Positions 10,971-20,019 of a DNA stretch of 64,000 nt are shown in pieces. The notes under the pieces were generated by a model. It was given only the letters and a program-made list of their open reading frames with translations, ran no database searches and was not told the DNA's origin. This stretch comes from Nitrospirota bacterium. Lineage in GTDB: Bacteria > Nitrospirota > Thermodesulfovibrionia > Thermodesulfovibrionales > JdFR-86. The translations under genes and the position numbers were made by a program. The DNA lies in assembly GCA_963721805.1 (NCBI GenBank), contig CAVRJY010000001.1:96001-160000 (forward strand), given 5' to 3'. Each line of letters begins with the position of its first letter. Within the stretch, counting starts at the first letter, position 1.

Positions 10971-11329
10971 TTCACTAACCATAGTTAATCGTAAGTTAAT
11001 AGAAAACGCACGAACCTCAATTTTTCCTATCAACTTCGGTTTATATATAAACCAAAGTTTGGTATTCTTTGTTGTATAGTGGTGCAATGAGTAAGATATG
11101 GTCATATTGGATGGGCTGGGCGGGGGAGGTTGGAGGGTTCCGCGCGTGTTCGGATAAATCGGCAAATACCGCGTTTTTTATCCGAACATCCGAACAAGGG
11201 AAAAACAGAAAAGCCAAATTATCCGGCGTGTTATGCCCGATTTTGCGCCCAACATCCGAACAAAAAAGGCAAAAACGCGCGCGCACGCGCGCGAAATGCG
11301 TAACTATGCCTAAGCGCGGACATCAGAAC
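10971..11329 (+). repeat. Family B ~360-bp motif array, copy 1
   Basis: Collinear with 28619-28976; GGTTTATATATAAACC palindrome, repeated ATCCGAAC, CGCGCGCGCACGCGCGCG. Confidence 0.85.
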
Positions 11330-11491
11330 ATGCCGTTGACCGCTCGCGCGATTATGCTGGGGAAGCTTAAAGCGCGAGAAATCGACTTCAGACAAGGAAC
11401 GGTGAGGAAAACGTCCGACGGTGTACTTGAGCGTACTCCGAGGACGGATTTCCGAAGCCGTGACGCAGTATCAAGCGATTTGGCGCGCTTT
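11330..11491 (+). repeat. Hairpin element family A, copy 2 (core 11369-11491, 123 bp)
   Basis: AAAGCGCG...AAATCG and CGATTTGGCGCGCTTT termini; central GTAC-N6-GTAC. Confidence 0.85.
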
Positions 11492-11508
11492 CACCCTTTG
11501 GAGCGCTT

Positions 11509-12447
11509 TCACCCCGCCGCTCCTCCCATCAGCCCTGTTATGATGAGGTCGACCGCCTGTTCCGGCTTAAGCCCGTGCGCCATCAGCGTCTCCATCTGCC
11601 GCTTGTCCACGCTGCCGATCGCGGCCTCGTGCGTGACTTTGGCCTCGGGGTGGGTGACCGCGACTATCGGCACCGCGCGCGCGACCGCCGAGTCGCGCAC
11701 GATCTCGATGCAATCGACGTGGCCCCGGCTCCCGGCCGCGTTGCCTACGGCGCCGCCCGTGACCTCGGCCCGCGCGTTGCCCGAGACCGCTACGCGGGAC
11801 TTCACGATCCCCCGCGCCCCCGCGCCGTCGAGCGATACGAACTCCCTGATCTTTATCTCGTCCGTGGCGCTGCCCATCACGCGCGTGAGCAGCTCGACTA
11901 CCGCGCCCTTCGCCGCATGCACCTCGTAGTCGATATCGAGCCTTCCGACCCGTCCTTTCAGGAGCGAGAACTCCGCGGTGTACCGCGAGTCCTCATCCAT
12001 CGTGACGACCGCCTTCGGGATCACCTCCGCCCCGCCGTACGGGCCGTGGAAGTGGTGCTCGGCGTAGTTTAGCATGGCCCCTCGCCCCACGTGCACGCGG
12101 GCGTCCATCGCGTGCAGCACCTTGCGCGCGGTAGGGAATATGCAGTGCGCCACGAGCGATGCGGATGAGCCCGCCCCGGCCTCGACCTCGATGTCCAGCC
12201 GCTGCACACCGTCCTCGCGGAGCATGCCGATGCAGAGCCTTACGGGACGCTCGATCCGAGCGCCGGGGGCTATCGTGATGCGGGCATAGTATTTATCCCC
12301 GGCCTGCCAGCTTTTGAGGCTCAGGCCCTCGACCTCGGTCGCGTCGAGCAGTTGCATGCCCTCGAGCACGAACCGGCCGCCCTCTGCCCCGAGCTCCTCG
12401 GCCCCGGAGTCGCGGAGCGCGCAGTTGATAAGCGCAATGTCAGACAT
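11509..12447 (-). CDS. smsB: SufB/SufD-family Fe-S scaffold (SmsB-type)
   Basis: Beta-helix; GHVDCIEIV...KVTHEAAIGSVDKRQMETLMAHGL. Confidence 0.85.
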   Translation of the reverse strand: MSDIALINCALRDSGAEELGAEGGRFVLEGMQLLDATEVEGLSLKSWQAGDKYYARITIAPGARIERPVRLCIGMLREDGVQRLDIEVEAGAGSSASLVAHCIFPTARKVLHAMDARVHVGRGAMLNYAEHHFHGPYGGAEVIPKAVVTMDEDSRYTAEFSLLKGRVGRLDIDYEVHAAKGAVVELLTRVMGSATDEIKIREFVSLDGAGARGIVKSRVAVSGNARAEVTGGAVGNAAGSRGHVDCIEIVRDSAVARAVPIVAVTHPEAKVTHEAAIGSVDKRQMETLMAHGLKPEQAVDLIITGLMGGAAG

Positions 12448-13171
12448 GGACGCAGACCGGTTCGGTGCAGGATACGCAGCGCTTCTCGCGGTAGAACTCC
12501 GCGACGTTTGCGGGGCTGCCGGTGCAGACTATGCGGCCGAAGCACAGCAGCGATGCCGCATCCGCCATGAGCGCGACCTCGACGCGGTGAGTGATCAGGA
12601 GCACCGCCGCGCCGGAGCGCTTGAAGGCGCGTATCACGCCCTCGACGCGCTCGAGCGAGAGCATGTCGATGCCGGAGTCCGGCTCGTCGAGCACCGCGAC
12701 GGACGGCCCGAGCGCCAGCACCGATGCGAGCTCGATGCGCTTGCGCTCCCCTCCGCTTAAGCAGCCGTCGACCATGCGGTCGAGGTACAGCGCCGGGTCG
12801 AGCCCCGCAAGCGAGAGGCAGTCCGAGGGGTCCAGCGCGCTATCCGCGCGGGGGCCGAGCTTTCCGAGCGAGAGGTACTGGCCCACGGTGATGCCCTCGA
12901 ACCTGACCGGCTCCTGCCATGCGAGCGTTATGCCGAGAGCCGCGCGCTCGTGTATCGCGAGGGCCGTGATGTCAGTGCCGCCGAGCGTGATGCTGCCTGC
13001 GGTCGGCGCGTGGGTGCCGATCACGAGGGCCGAGAGCGTGCTCTTGCCGGTGCCGTTGGCGCCGAGCAGGGCGTGGACCTCGCCGGGGCGGACATCGAGG
13101 TCGAGGCCGTCGAGGATTATCCGGCCCGTAGCCTCGAATTTGAGACCGCGTATCTGGAGCGCGCCGTCCAT
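12440..13171 (-). CDS. smsC: SufC-like ABC ATPase with C-terminal Cys motif (SmsC-type)
   Basis: GANGTGKST, LSGGERKRIELA, LDEPDSGID, C-terminal C...CVSC. Confidence 0.85.
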   Translation of the reverse strand: MDGALQIRGLKFEATGRIILDGLDLDVRPGEVHALLGANGTGKSTLSALVIGTHAPTAGSITLGGTDITALAIHERAALGITLAWQEPVRFEGITVGQYLSLGKLGPRADSALDPSDCLSLAGLDPALYLDRMVDGCLSGGERKRIELASVLALGPSVAVLDEPDSGIDMLSLERVEGVIRAFKRSGAAVLLITHRVEVALMADAASLLCFGRIVCTGSPANVAEFYREKRCVSCTEPVCVHV

Positions 13172-13254
13172 GGCCTAATCATAGTCCGATGCGGGGCCGG
13201 GCGCAACGCGCAGAAATCTTGACTTCGGGGCGCGGGGCCGTGTTAAGCTTTCTG

Positions 13255-13605
13255 ATGGGGGCCATCGCAAGAAAGCTTATCCTCTGCCTGCTCGCGGGGT
13301 TCTATCTCGTGGGCATCTCCGGCCTCGCTGTCTCGGGCCGCTCGTGCTGCTGCGGCAAGTCAGGCGGGCTGCTCCACTACTGCTGCGTGACGCACGCGGC
13401 GGCCTCCTGCTGCGACGGCAGGCCCGGCATCGGCAGATGCAACTCCACCGAGACCGCAAAGGAGTTCACAGGCCCGCTGGCCGCTCTTCAGGCGATGCCG
13501 CGCAGTGCCCCAATAGTGCGGCCCGCGGTATCGCATATCCAGACCGATCCCCTTCCCTCGGAGGGGTTCACCAATCTCCCCGAGCGCCCTCCGATACCGG
13601 CCTAG
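13255..13605 (+). CDS. Small exported Cys-rich protein with a C-terminal PERPP motif (DUF2946/CutF-like leader candidate)
   Basis: Hydrophobic N-terminus; CCCG, CC and CC clusters; ends NLPERPPIPA; lies directly upstream of a metal transporter. Confidence 0.6.
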   Translation: MGAIARKLILCLLAGFYLVGISGLAVSGRSCCCGKSGGLLHYCCVTHAAASCCDGRPGIGRCNSTETAKEFTGPLAALQAMPRSAPIVRPAVSHIQTDPLPSEGFTNLPERPPIPA

Positions 13606-13652
13606 CCCTCACGCCGCCCCGGACTTACCCTAAAAATTAATCGGAGGGACTA

Positions 13653-15074
13653 ATGAAGAGACCTTTTTTCGCGCTCGTCTGCGCGCTCGTATTTATACTC
13701 GCGTTATGTGGCATCGCGCTTGCCGCCGGGGACTGCATGCACTGCGGGATGGACCTCGCTTCCTACCAAAAGAGCCGCATGACCGTGACGTTCGATGACG
13801 GCAGGGTGCTCGAGCTATGCAGCATCCACTGCGCCGCGCTCGAGCTGCGCGCCAACTCCGGCCATTCCGTCCGCTCGGTCACGGTCGCTGACTACGATAC
13901 CGGCCGGATGACCGACGCCCGCGCGGCCTCATGGGTGATCGGCGGCAACCTGCGCGGCGTGATGAGCCCTGTAGGCAAGTGGGCCTTTGCCAGCGCCGAT
14001 GACGCTAAGAAGTTCGCCACGGAGCACGGGGGCCGCGTCGCGACATATGACGAGGCGCTCGTGGCTTCGTTAGCAGAGGTTGAGGAGGGAGGGGGCCCTG
14101 CCCCCATGCGCCACGGCCCGCCGATGCCCGCGTTCGGCGACGACATATACCACCCGCACCCGGCCGGGATGTGGATGGTGGGGTACCAGTTCATGCACAT
14201 GGAGATGTCCGGGTTCATGGACGGAGATTCGTATGTCGGCCGCCACCGCCTCGGGTTCAAGCGGGGCTCCGACTACGAAGAGATGATGATCCCTACCAAC
14301 ATGGACATGGACATGCACATGGCGATGGTGATGTACGGCGTGACAGACCGCCTGACGCTCATGGCGATGGCCCAGTACGTCGGCAACAGGATGGACATGC
14401 TGATGGACATGGGCCCGATGATGACGCCGACGCCGGTGCGCCAGGACCCGATGTCCACCAACGGGATGGGCGACACCGAGCTGCGCGGCATAGTGAAGAT
14501 CACGGATGCCTTCACCGGGAGCCTCGGCGTGAGCATCCCCACCGGGAGCATCGACCGCAAGGTCGAGATGATGGGCATGTACATGCGGGCCCCGTATGAC
14601 ATGCAGCTTGGCACCGGCACCTATGACCTCTCGCCCTCGCTCACGTACGCCGGCGGTACGGCCGACGGCAAGTGGGGCTGGGGCGGGCAGGCCTCGTACA
14701 AATACCACATCGGCAAGAACGAAAACGGCTGGGCCTATGGCGACAGCCTGAAGCTGCAAGGCTGGCTCGCGCGCGTCTTCGGGCCTTTCTCCTCGTGGGC
14801 GCGCCTTGCCTATACCGACACGGACCGCATCCGGGGCCATGACCGTCAGGTCGACCGCATGCTGGACCCCGCGTCGATGGCCTACATGCCGGAGCCGGAC
14901 GCCGACCCGGGCCATTACGGAGGCCAGAGCGTGGACGGCGCGCTCGGGCTGAGCTATTCGGTCGGGAAGTTCACGGTAGGGCTCGAGGCCGGGGCGCCGC
15001 TTTACCAGTACGTCAACGACCTTCAGATGAAGCAGGTCTGGCGCCTGAGCACCGGGGTCTCGATGATGTTCTAA
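13653..15074 (+). CDS. NosL-like metal-binding domain fused to a Met-rich outer-membrane beta-barrel transporter
   Basis: Signal peptide, CMHCGM, CSIHC, GVMSP..WAFAS; barrel with MDMDMHMAMVM, GMGD, PTGS, MQLGTGT; terminal Phe. Confidence 0.75.
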   Translation: MKRPFFALVCALVFILALCGIALAAGDCMHCGMDLASYQKSRMTVTFDDGRVLELCSIHCAALELRANSGHSVRSVTVADYDTGRMTDARAASWVIGGNLRGVMSPVGKWAFASADDAKKFATEHGGRVATYDEALVASLAEVEEGGGPAPMRHGPPMPAFGDDIYHPHPAGMWMVGYQFMHMEMSGFMDGDSYVGRHRLGFKRGSDYEEMMIPTNMDMDMHMAMVMYGVTDRLTLMAMAQYVGNRMDMLMDMGPMMTPTPVRQDPMSTNGMGDTELRGIVKITDAFTGSLGVSIPTGSIDRKVEMMGMYMRAPYDMQLGTGTYDLSPSLTYAGGTADGKWGWGGQASYKYHIGKNENGWAYGDSLKLQGWLARVFGPFSSWARLAYTDTDRIRGHDRQVDRMLDPASMAYMPEPDADPGHYGGQSVDGALGLSYSVGKFTVGLEAGAPLYQYVNDLQMKQVWRLSTGVSMMF

Positions 15075-15228
15075 GAAAAAGCCTCGAGTTCATCCCGGCC
15101 TGCCGCGCGGGGGGATGCCGCCCCTCCCCCCGCGCGTCAGGGCCGGCATTGCCCGCCCTGCCTCCGTTGATTTCATATGCTGCTATAATATGCCGATAAG
15201 TTATATAGCCAATAAGGAGGCTTGTTCT

Positions 15229-16449
15229 ATGATGAATGTCGAGATTAAGCCGGGCATATTCTGGGTCGGGGCCGTGGACTGGGCCATCCGGGACTTTCAC
15301 GGGTACATCACCCCGCGCGGATCGACATACAACAACTACCTGATCATGGATAGGGACGTCACGCTCGTCGACACGGTGCACGCCGAGCACACCGGCGACA
15401 CGATCCGCAACATCAGGCGGCTGACCGAGTTCGGGAAGATCAAGAACATCGTCGTAAACCACATCGAGCCGGACCACGCCGGGGGGCTCGTGAGCATCAA
15501 GCTCCTCGCCCCGGATGCGGTCATATACTGCACCGACAAGGCCAAAAAGGGCCTCGCGCGCATGTTCGACATCTCGGGCTGGGACATCCGCATCGTCAAG
15601 ACCGGAGATACGCTCTCGACCGGGACCAAGACGCTTAGCTTCATCGAGACCCCGATGCTCCACTGGCCGGACTCGATGATGACCTACGTTGCCGAAGACA
15701 GGCTGCTTATAAGCCAGGACGTCTTCGGGCAGCACCTGGCCTCGGCCCAGCGGTTCGACGACGAGTTCGTCGGCTGCTCCTCGATGGAGGTGCTCGAAGA
15801 CGCGGTCTGGGACTACTACGCGAACATACTGATGCCGTTTGGCTCGCTGATCTTAAGCAAGCTTAACGAGGTCGAGAAGCTCGGGATCGAGATCGACATG
15901 ATCGCCCCTGACCACGGCGTCATCTGGCGCGCCCACCCCGGCAAGATCATGAAGACGTACGCAGATATCGCATCGGGGTACGCCGAGGAGCGCGTCGTCG
16001 TGATCTACGACACGATGTGGCACAGCACCGAGAAGATGGCCCGCCCGATATCGGACGGCGTGAAGGCCGAGGGGATGGACGTGCGCGTCTTCAAGCTCCG
16101 CTCGACCTCCGCGAGCGAGGCCGCCAAGGAGATGTGGCGCGCCCGCGGCTGCCTGATAGGCTCGCCGACGCTCAACAACACCGTATTCCCGGAGGTCGGC
16201 AAGTTCATGGACCTGCTGCGCGGCCTCAGGCCCAAAAACCGCATAATAGGGGCGTTTGGGAGCTGCGGCTGGGCCGGGGGCGCGATAAAGGAGATCCTCG
16301 ACGACGCAAAGACGCTCAAGCTCGAGGTCATGGAGCCGGGGCTTCAGATAATATCCGCCCCCTCGTCTTCGGACGAGGAGGCATGCTACGAGTTCGGCCG
16401 CGAGTTCGCGAGGCGCACCCGCGAATACCACAAGAAGTTCGCCCGGTGA
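15229..16449 (+). CDS. fprA: Flavodiiron protein (FprA/ROO, NO/O2 reductase)
   Basis: GSTYNNYLI, NHIEPDHAG, HWPDSM, APDHG, YDTMWHST flavodoxin domain; AAGGAGG RBS. Confidence 0.92.
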   Translation: MMNVEIKPGIFWVGAVDWAIRDFHGYITPRGSTYNNYLIMDRDVTLVDTVHAEHTGDTIRNIRRLTEFGKIKNIVVNHIEPDHAGGLVSIKLLAPDAVIYCTDKAKKGLARMFDISGWDIRIVKTGDTLSTGTKTLSFIETPMLHWPDSMMTYVAEDRLLISQDVFGQHLASAQRFDDEFVGCSSMEVLEDAVWDYYANILMPFGSLILSKLNEVEKLGIEIDMIAPDHGVIWRAHPGKIMKTYADIASGYAEERVVVIYDTMWHSTEKMARPISDGVKAEGMDVRVFKLRSTSASEAAKEMWRARGCLIGSPTLNNTVFPEVGKFMDLLRGLRPKNRIIGAFGSCGWAGGAIKEILDDAKTLKLEVMEPGLQIISAPSSSDEEACYEFGREFARRTREYHKKFAR

Positions 16450-16532
16450 GACGGCTCTTTGGCTGACCGCGCGCGGGGAGGGGCTAGGGCCAGTCTCGAA
16501 GGCAATGCCGGGACGGGCCCCGCGAAAGGGAG

Positions 16533-17570
16533 ATGCTCAAGGTCCGCACAGAAAAGTTAAGGTCCGGGATGGTCACGGCCGCCCCGGTGATGGACCCCAA
16601 GGCGCATGACGGCCTGCCTCTGCTGAGCGAGGGCGTCGAGCTCGTCGAGGGCTATATCCTGCGCCTGCTGAAGCACGGCGTCGAGTTCGTGTACGTCGAG
16701 ATCCCGGAGGGCTACACCGGCAAGTCCGGCGAGAACATAGAGGTCGAGCGCCTGAAGCGGGACATCGTATTCAAGGGCAGGCTCTCGGTGGTCGGCAACG
16801 TCCCGGCGGGCATTAACGTCGAGGCGGGCGAGAGGCTCGCCATCATGGGCGACATCGAGAAGGGCTCGACGATAGCGTGCCGCGAGGGCTCTATAGTCAT
16901 AAGGGGCTCGGCCTTCGGCACGGCCGACGAGCCGACCACAATCAGCATCGCCCAGAACGTCATCTTCCAAAACGCGCGGTACCTCGACGTAAAGGCCGGA
17001 GGGGTCATAAGGGCCACCGGCACGGTCAGCAACTCCACGCTCACGACCGGGAGCTCGGTGCGCATAGAGGGCCCGGTCTCCTCGACCCGGATAAATGCGC
17101 AGGGCCTCGTACACCTCAGCGCCGCGCACTCTCAGGGCGGCCCGGTGCATGCAACCGTAAGGCCCCGCGAGGTCCAGGCCCTGCTTCAGGAGATCATACG
17201 CACCGATGCGCGGCTTGGCGAGATCGCCACCGAGAAGGAGCGGCTCACGACCGGCATCGAGGCCGTCCGCAAGCTCACGGGCTCGCTCACCGATCTGCCG
17301 CCTGAGAAGCGCGCCGCGATAGCCGAGGACGTCAAGCGCTACAAGGCGCTCGACCAGGAGGCCGCAGCGCTCTCGGCGCGCAAAGACGCGGTCGTGGACG
17401 AAAACAGGCGCATACTCTCGCGGACCTGGGTCGCGGTGCCGGGCTTCATCGCCAAGGGCACGCGCATCACTATCCTCAACAGCACCTACGAGGTCCCGAT
17501 CGACACGAGGCACAAGGCCTTCTCCGTCAGGGACTTCAATATATTCATGTCCGAGTACTCGGCCGCCTAG
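16533..17570 (+). CDS. FapA/DUF342-like beta-helix and coiled-coil protein
   Basis: IVFKGRLSVVGNV..G..VEA beta-helix repeats, coiled coil, C-terminal GTRITI. Confidence 0.6.
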   Translation: MLKVRTEKLRSGMVTAAPVMDPKAHDGLPLLSEGVELVEGYILRLLKHGVEFVYVEIPEGYTGKSGENIEVERLKRDIVFKGRLSVVGNVPAGINVEAGERLAIMGDIEKGSTIACREGSIVIRGSAFGTADEPTTISIAQNVIFQNARYLDVKAGGVIRATGTVSNSTLTTGSSVRIEGPVSSTRINAQGLVHLSAAHSQGGPVHATVRPREVQALLQEIIRTDARLGEIATEKERLTTGIEAVRKLTGSLTDLPPEKRAAIAEDVKRYKALDQEAAALSARKDAVVDENRRILSRTWVAVPGFIAKGTRITILNSTYEVPIDTRHKAFSVRDFNIFMSEYSAA

Positions 17571-17680
17571 CGGTGCGGCCCCGTGAGGGGGCGCGGTCAA
17601 AAACCACCCAAAACTGATACAATAATGGACGCATACGCGCGCGCCGTATCTGATAAAGCACGCATCTGCGCATATAAAAA

Positions 17681-18433
17681 ATGGGAAAGATCATAGCCAT
17701 AGCAAACCAGAAGGGCGGCGTGGGCAAGACCACGACCGCGATAAACCTCGCGGCCTCCCTCGCGCTTGGCGGGCAGGAGATACTGATCGTCGATAGCGAC
17801 CCGCAGGGCAACGCATCGAGCGGGTTGGGCGTCATCGACGGCTCGCGCGGGCTCTATGACGTATACGCCCGGGGACTTACGATCGAAGATGCTATGGTCC
17901 GGACCGAGGTCGACGGCCTGTGGCTCGTGCCCTCGACCGTGGACCTGATCGCCTCGGAGCTGGAGCTCGTGGACCGCCCTGACAGGGAACTTATACTCAA
18001 AGACCGGCTGGCCGCTATCAGAGACAGGTTCCGGTTCATATTCATCGACTGCCCGCCGTCGCTCGGGCTCCTGACGCTGAACGCCCTGGTCGCGGCCGAC
18101 TCGCTGATGGTCCCGGTGCAGTGCGAATACTACGCGCTGGAGGGCCTGGGGCGGCTTACGCGCACTATATCGCTCGTCCGCGACTCTTACAACCCAGCGC
18201 TCGAACTCGAGGGCATCGTGCGCACGATGTACGACCCGCGCAATACGCTTTCGAGGCAGGTCGAGGAGGAGCTGAGAACACACTTCGGGGCGAAGCTCTA
18301 CAACACCGCTATACCGAGGAACGTGACGCTGGCCGAGGCCCCGAGCCACGGCAAGCCCGCGATCCTCTACGACGCCCGCGCCCGTGGGGCGCAGGCATAC
18401 CTGTCGCTTGCAAAGGAGATGCTTGGTGGCTAA
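17681..18433 (+). CDS. parA: Chromosome partitioning ATPase ParA/Soj
   Basis: NQKGGVGKTT, DSDPQGNAS, IDCPPSLG, PVQCEYYALEG, LAEAPSHG. Confidence 0.95.
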   Translation: MGKIIAIANQKGGVGKTTTAINLAASLALGGQEILIVDSDPQGNASSGLGVIDGSRGLYDVYARGLTIEDAMVRTEVDGLWLVPSTVDLIASELELVDRPDRELILKDRLAAIRDRFRFIFIDCPPSLGLLTLNALVAADSLMVPVQCEYYALEGLGRLTRTISLVRDSYNPALELEGIVRTMYDPRNTLSRQVEEELRTHFGAKLYNTAIPRNVTLAEAPSHGKPAILYDARARGAQAYLSLAKEMLGG

Positions 18434-19274
18434 GGCAGCGCTCGGACGGGGGCTTGACGCCCTGATCCCCGAAAAAAAGGGGCGCGAGATAGTAGAGATC
18501 GAGATCACTCGCATTGCGGCAGGCCGCGAGCAGCCCCGCAAGAGCTTCAACGACGAGCGGCTGAAGGACCTCTCGGAATCGATTCGGGAGCGCGGGGTGC
18601 TGCAGCCCGTGCTCGTCAGGCGCGAGCCTGACGGCTCGTTCAGCCTGATAGCGGGCGAGCGCCGGACGCGCGCCGCGATGATGGCCGGTCTCAAGAAGAT
18701 CCCGGCGATCATACGCGAGGACAACCCGGCCGACATACTGGAGATCGCGCTTATCGAGAACATCCAGCGCGAGGACCTGAACCCTATCGAGACCGCGTCC
18801 GCCTTCGACCGGCTTATCAAGGAGTTCGGGCTCACGCAGGAGGCCGCCGCATCGCGCGTCGGCAAGGAGCGCGCCACGGTGGCGAACTACCTCCGCCTGC
18901 TTTCTCTGCCCGAGGAGATCAAGGCGCTGGTGGCCGACGGCGCGCTCACGATGGGACACGCCCGCGCGATTTTAGCAATCGAGGGCAGGGCAAGCCAGAT
19001 CGAGGCTGCGCGCGTTATCATCAAAAAGGGCCTGAGCGTCCGCGAGGCCGAGCGCATGGCAAAGAATCCTCCGGTGGCCGGGGCGGCCCCCCGGGCGAAG
19101 AAGGCCGCGCCCACCGACCCGCACGCGGCCGAGGTCGAGCAGAAGCTCATACGCGCCCTAGGCACGAAGGTCAGACTCAAGCACAATACCAGGACGAAGC
19201 GCGGGGCTATCGAGATAGAATATTACTCCTTGGAGGAACTCGACAGGCTCCTCGATATAATGCTCGGATTGTAG
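18426..19274 (+). CDS. parB: Chromosome partitioning protein ParB/Spo0J
   Basis: ALGRGLDALI, QPRK.F, IAGERR.RA, ALIENIQREDL, HTH; GTG start at 18426. Confidence 0.95.
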   Translation: MAKAALGRGLDALIPEKKGREIVEIEITRIAAGREQPRKSFNDERLKDLSESIRERGVLQPVLVRREPDGSFSLIAGERRTRAAMMAGLKKIPAIIREDNPADILEIALIENIQREDLNPIETASAFDRLIKEFGLTQEAAASRVGKERATVANYLRLLSLPEEIKALVADGALTMGHARAILAIEGRASQIEAARVIIKKGLSVREAERMAKNPPVAGAAPRAKKAAPTDPHAAEVEQKLIRALGTKVRLKHNTRTKRGAIEIEYYSLEELDRLLDIMLGL

Positions 19275-19285
19275 GAGGCGCAGCC

Positions 19286-19420
19286 ATGGGTTCAGAGAAA
19301 AAATCGCTTGAAGTGAAAAAGGAAAACACCCCGGCGGTGCGGCCCTCTGGCACCCCCGCGGTGAAAAAGGATAACAAGCCGGCAGTGAAAAAAGACCACA
19401 AGGTCATGGTTAAAAAGTAG
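19286..19420 (+). CDS. 44-aa Lys-rich repeat peptide (not in the ORF track)
   Basis: AGGAGG RBS; MGSEKKSLEVKKENTPAVRPSGTPAVKKDNKPAVKKDHKVMVKK; fills the parB-fmdE gap. Confidence 0.6.
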   Translation: MGSEKKSLEVKKENTPAVRPSGTPAVKKDNKPAVKKDHKVMVKK

Positions 19421-19428
19421 CCGCGATA

Positions 19429-20019
19429 ATGGATTCGTTCGAGGCATTGCTCGAGGAGTCCGTGGCGGCTCACGGCCACCTCTGTCCGGGGCAGATACTG
19501 GGCGTGCGGATGTCGATGCTGGGCCTCATCCGCATTGGCATAACCGACCCGCGCGGGGCACAGCGCAAAGACCTCATCGTTTATATCGAGACCGACCGCT
19601 GCGCGGCCGACGCTGTGCAGTCCGTGACCGGATGCCGCCTCGGCAAGCGCACATTGAAGTTCATGGACTACGGCAAGATGGCCGCGACGTTCGTCAACCT
19701 GAATACCGGCAAGGCCGTGCGCGTCCTCTGCCGCGAGGACGCCCGCGAGAAGGCCAAAGAGCTGTTTCCCTCCATGGAAGATAAATATAAAGCCCAGGCC
19801 GAGGCCTACAAGGTCATGCCCGACTCGGAGCTATTCGATATCATGCCGGTGCGCGTTAAGCTCCGCGACTGCGACATGCCCGGCCGTCCGCTGAGCCGCG
19901 TGGTATGCATTAAATGCGGCGAGCACGTGCAGGACTCGCGCGAGGTGCGCGGCGCGTATGGCGAGGCGCTATGCCGCGTGTGCGCGGGCGATGCGTATTA
20001 CGAGGTGCAGGATGTGTGA
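19429..20019 (+). CDS. FmdE-family protein with C-terminal zinc finger
   Basis: HGHLCPG, ETDRCAADAVQSVTGCRLGK, CIKCGE...CRVC. Confidence 0.9.
   Translation: MDSFEALLEESVAAHGHLCPGQILGVRMSMLGLIRIGITDPRGAQRKDLIVYIETDRCAADAVQSVTGCRLGKRTLKFMDYGKMAATFVNLNTGKAVRVLCREDAREKAKELFPSMEDKYKAQAEAYKVMPDSELFDIMPVRVKLRDCDMPGRPLSRVVCIKCGEHVQDSREVRGAYGEALCRVCAGDAYYEVQDV

Noticed and set aside
11069..11929. ORFs across the family B and A repeats (also 28508-28978, 28734-29228, 10914-11165)
   Set aside because: Peptide similarity follows from the DNA repeat; starts, stops and frames differ between the copies.
17571..19285. parS site or oriC near parAB
   Set aside because: No TGTTTCACGTGAAACA-like palindrome or DnaA-box cluster was seen by eye.
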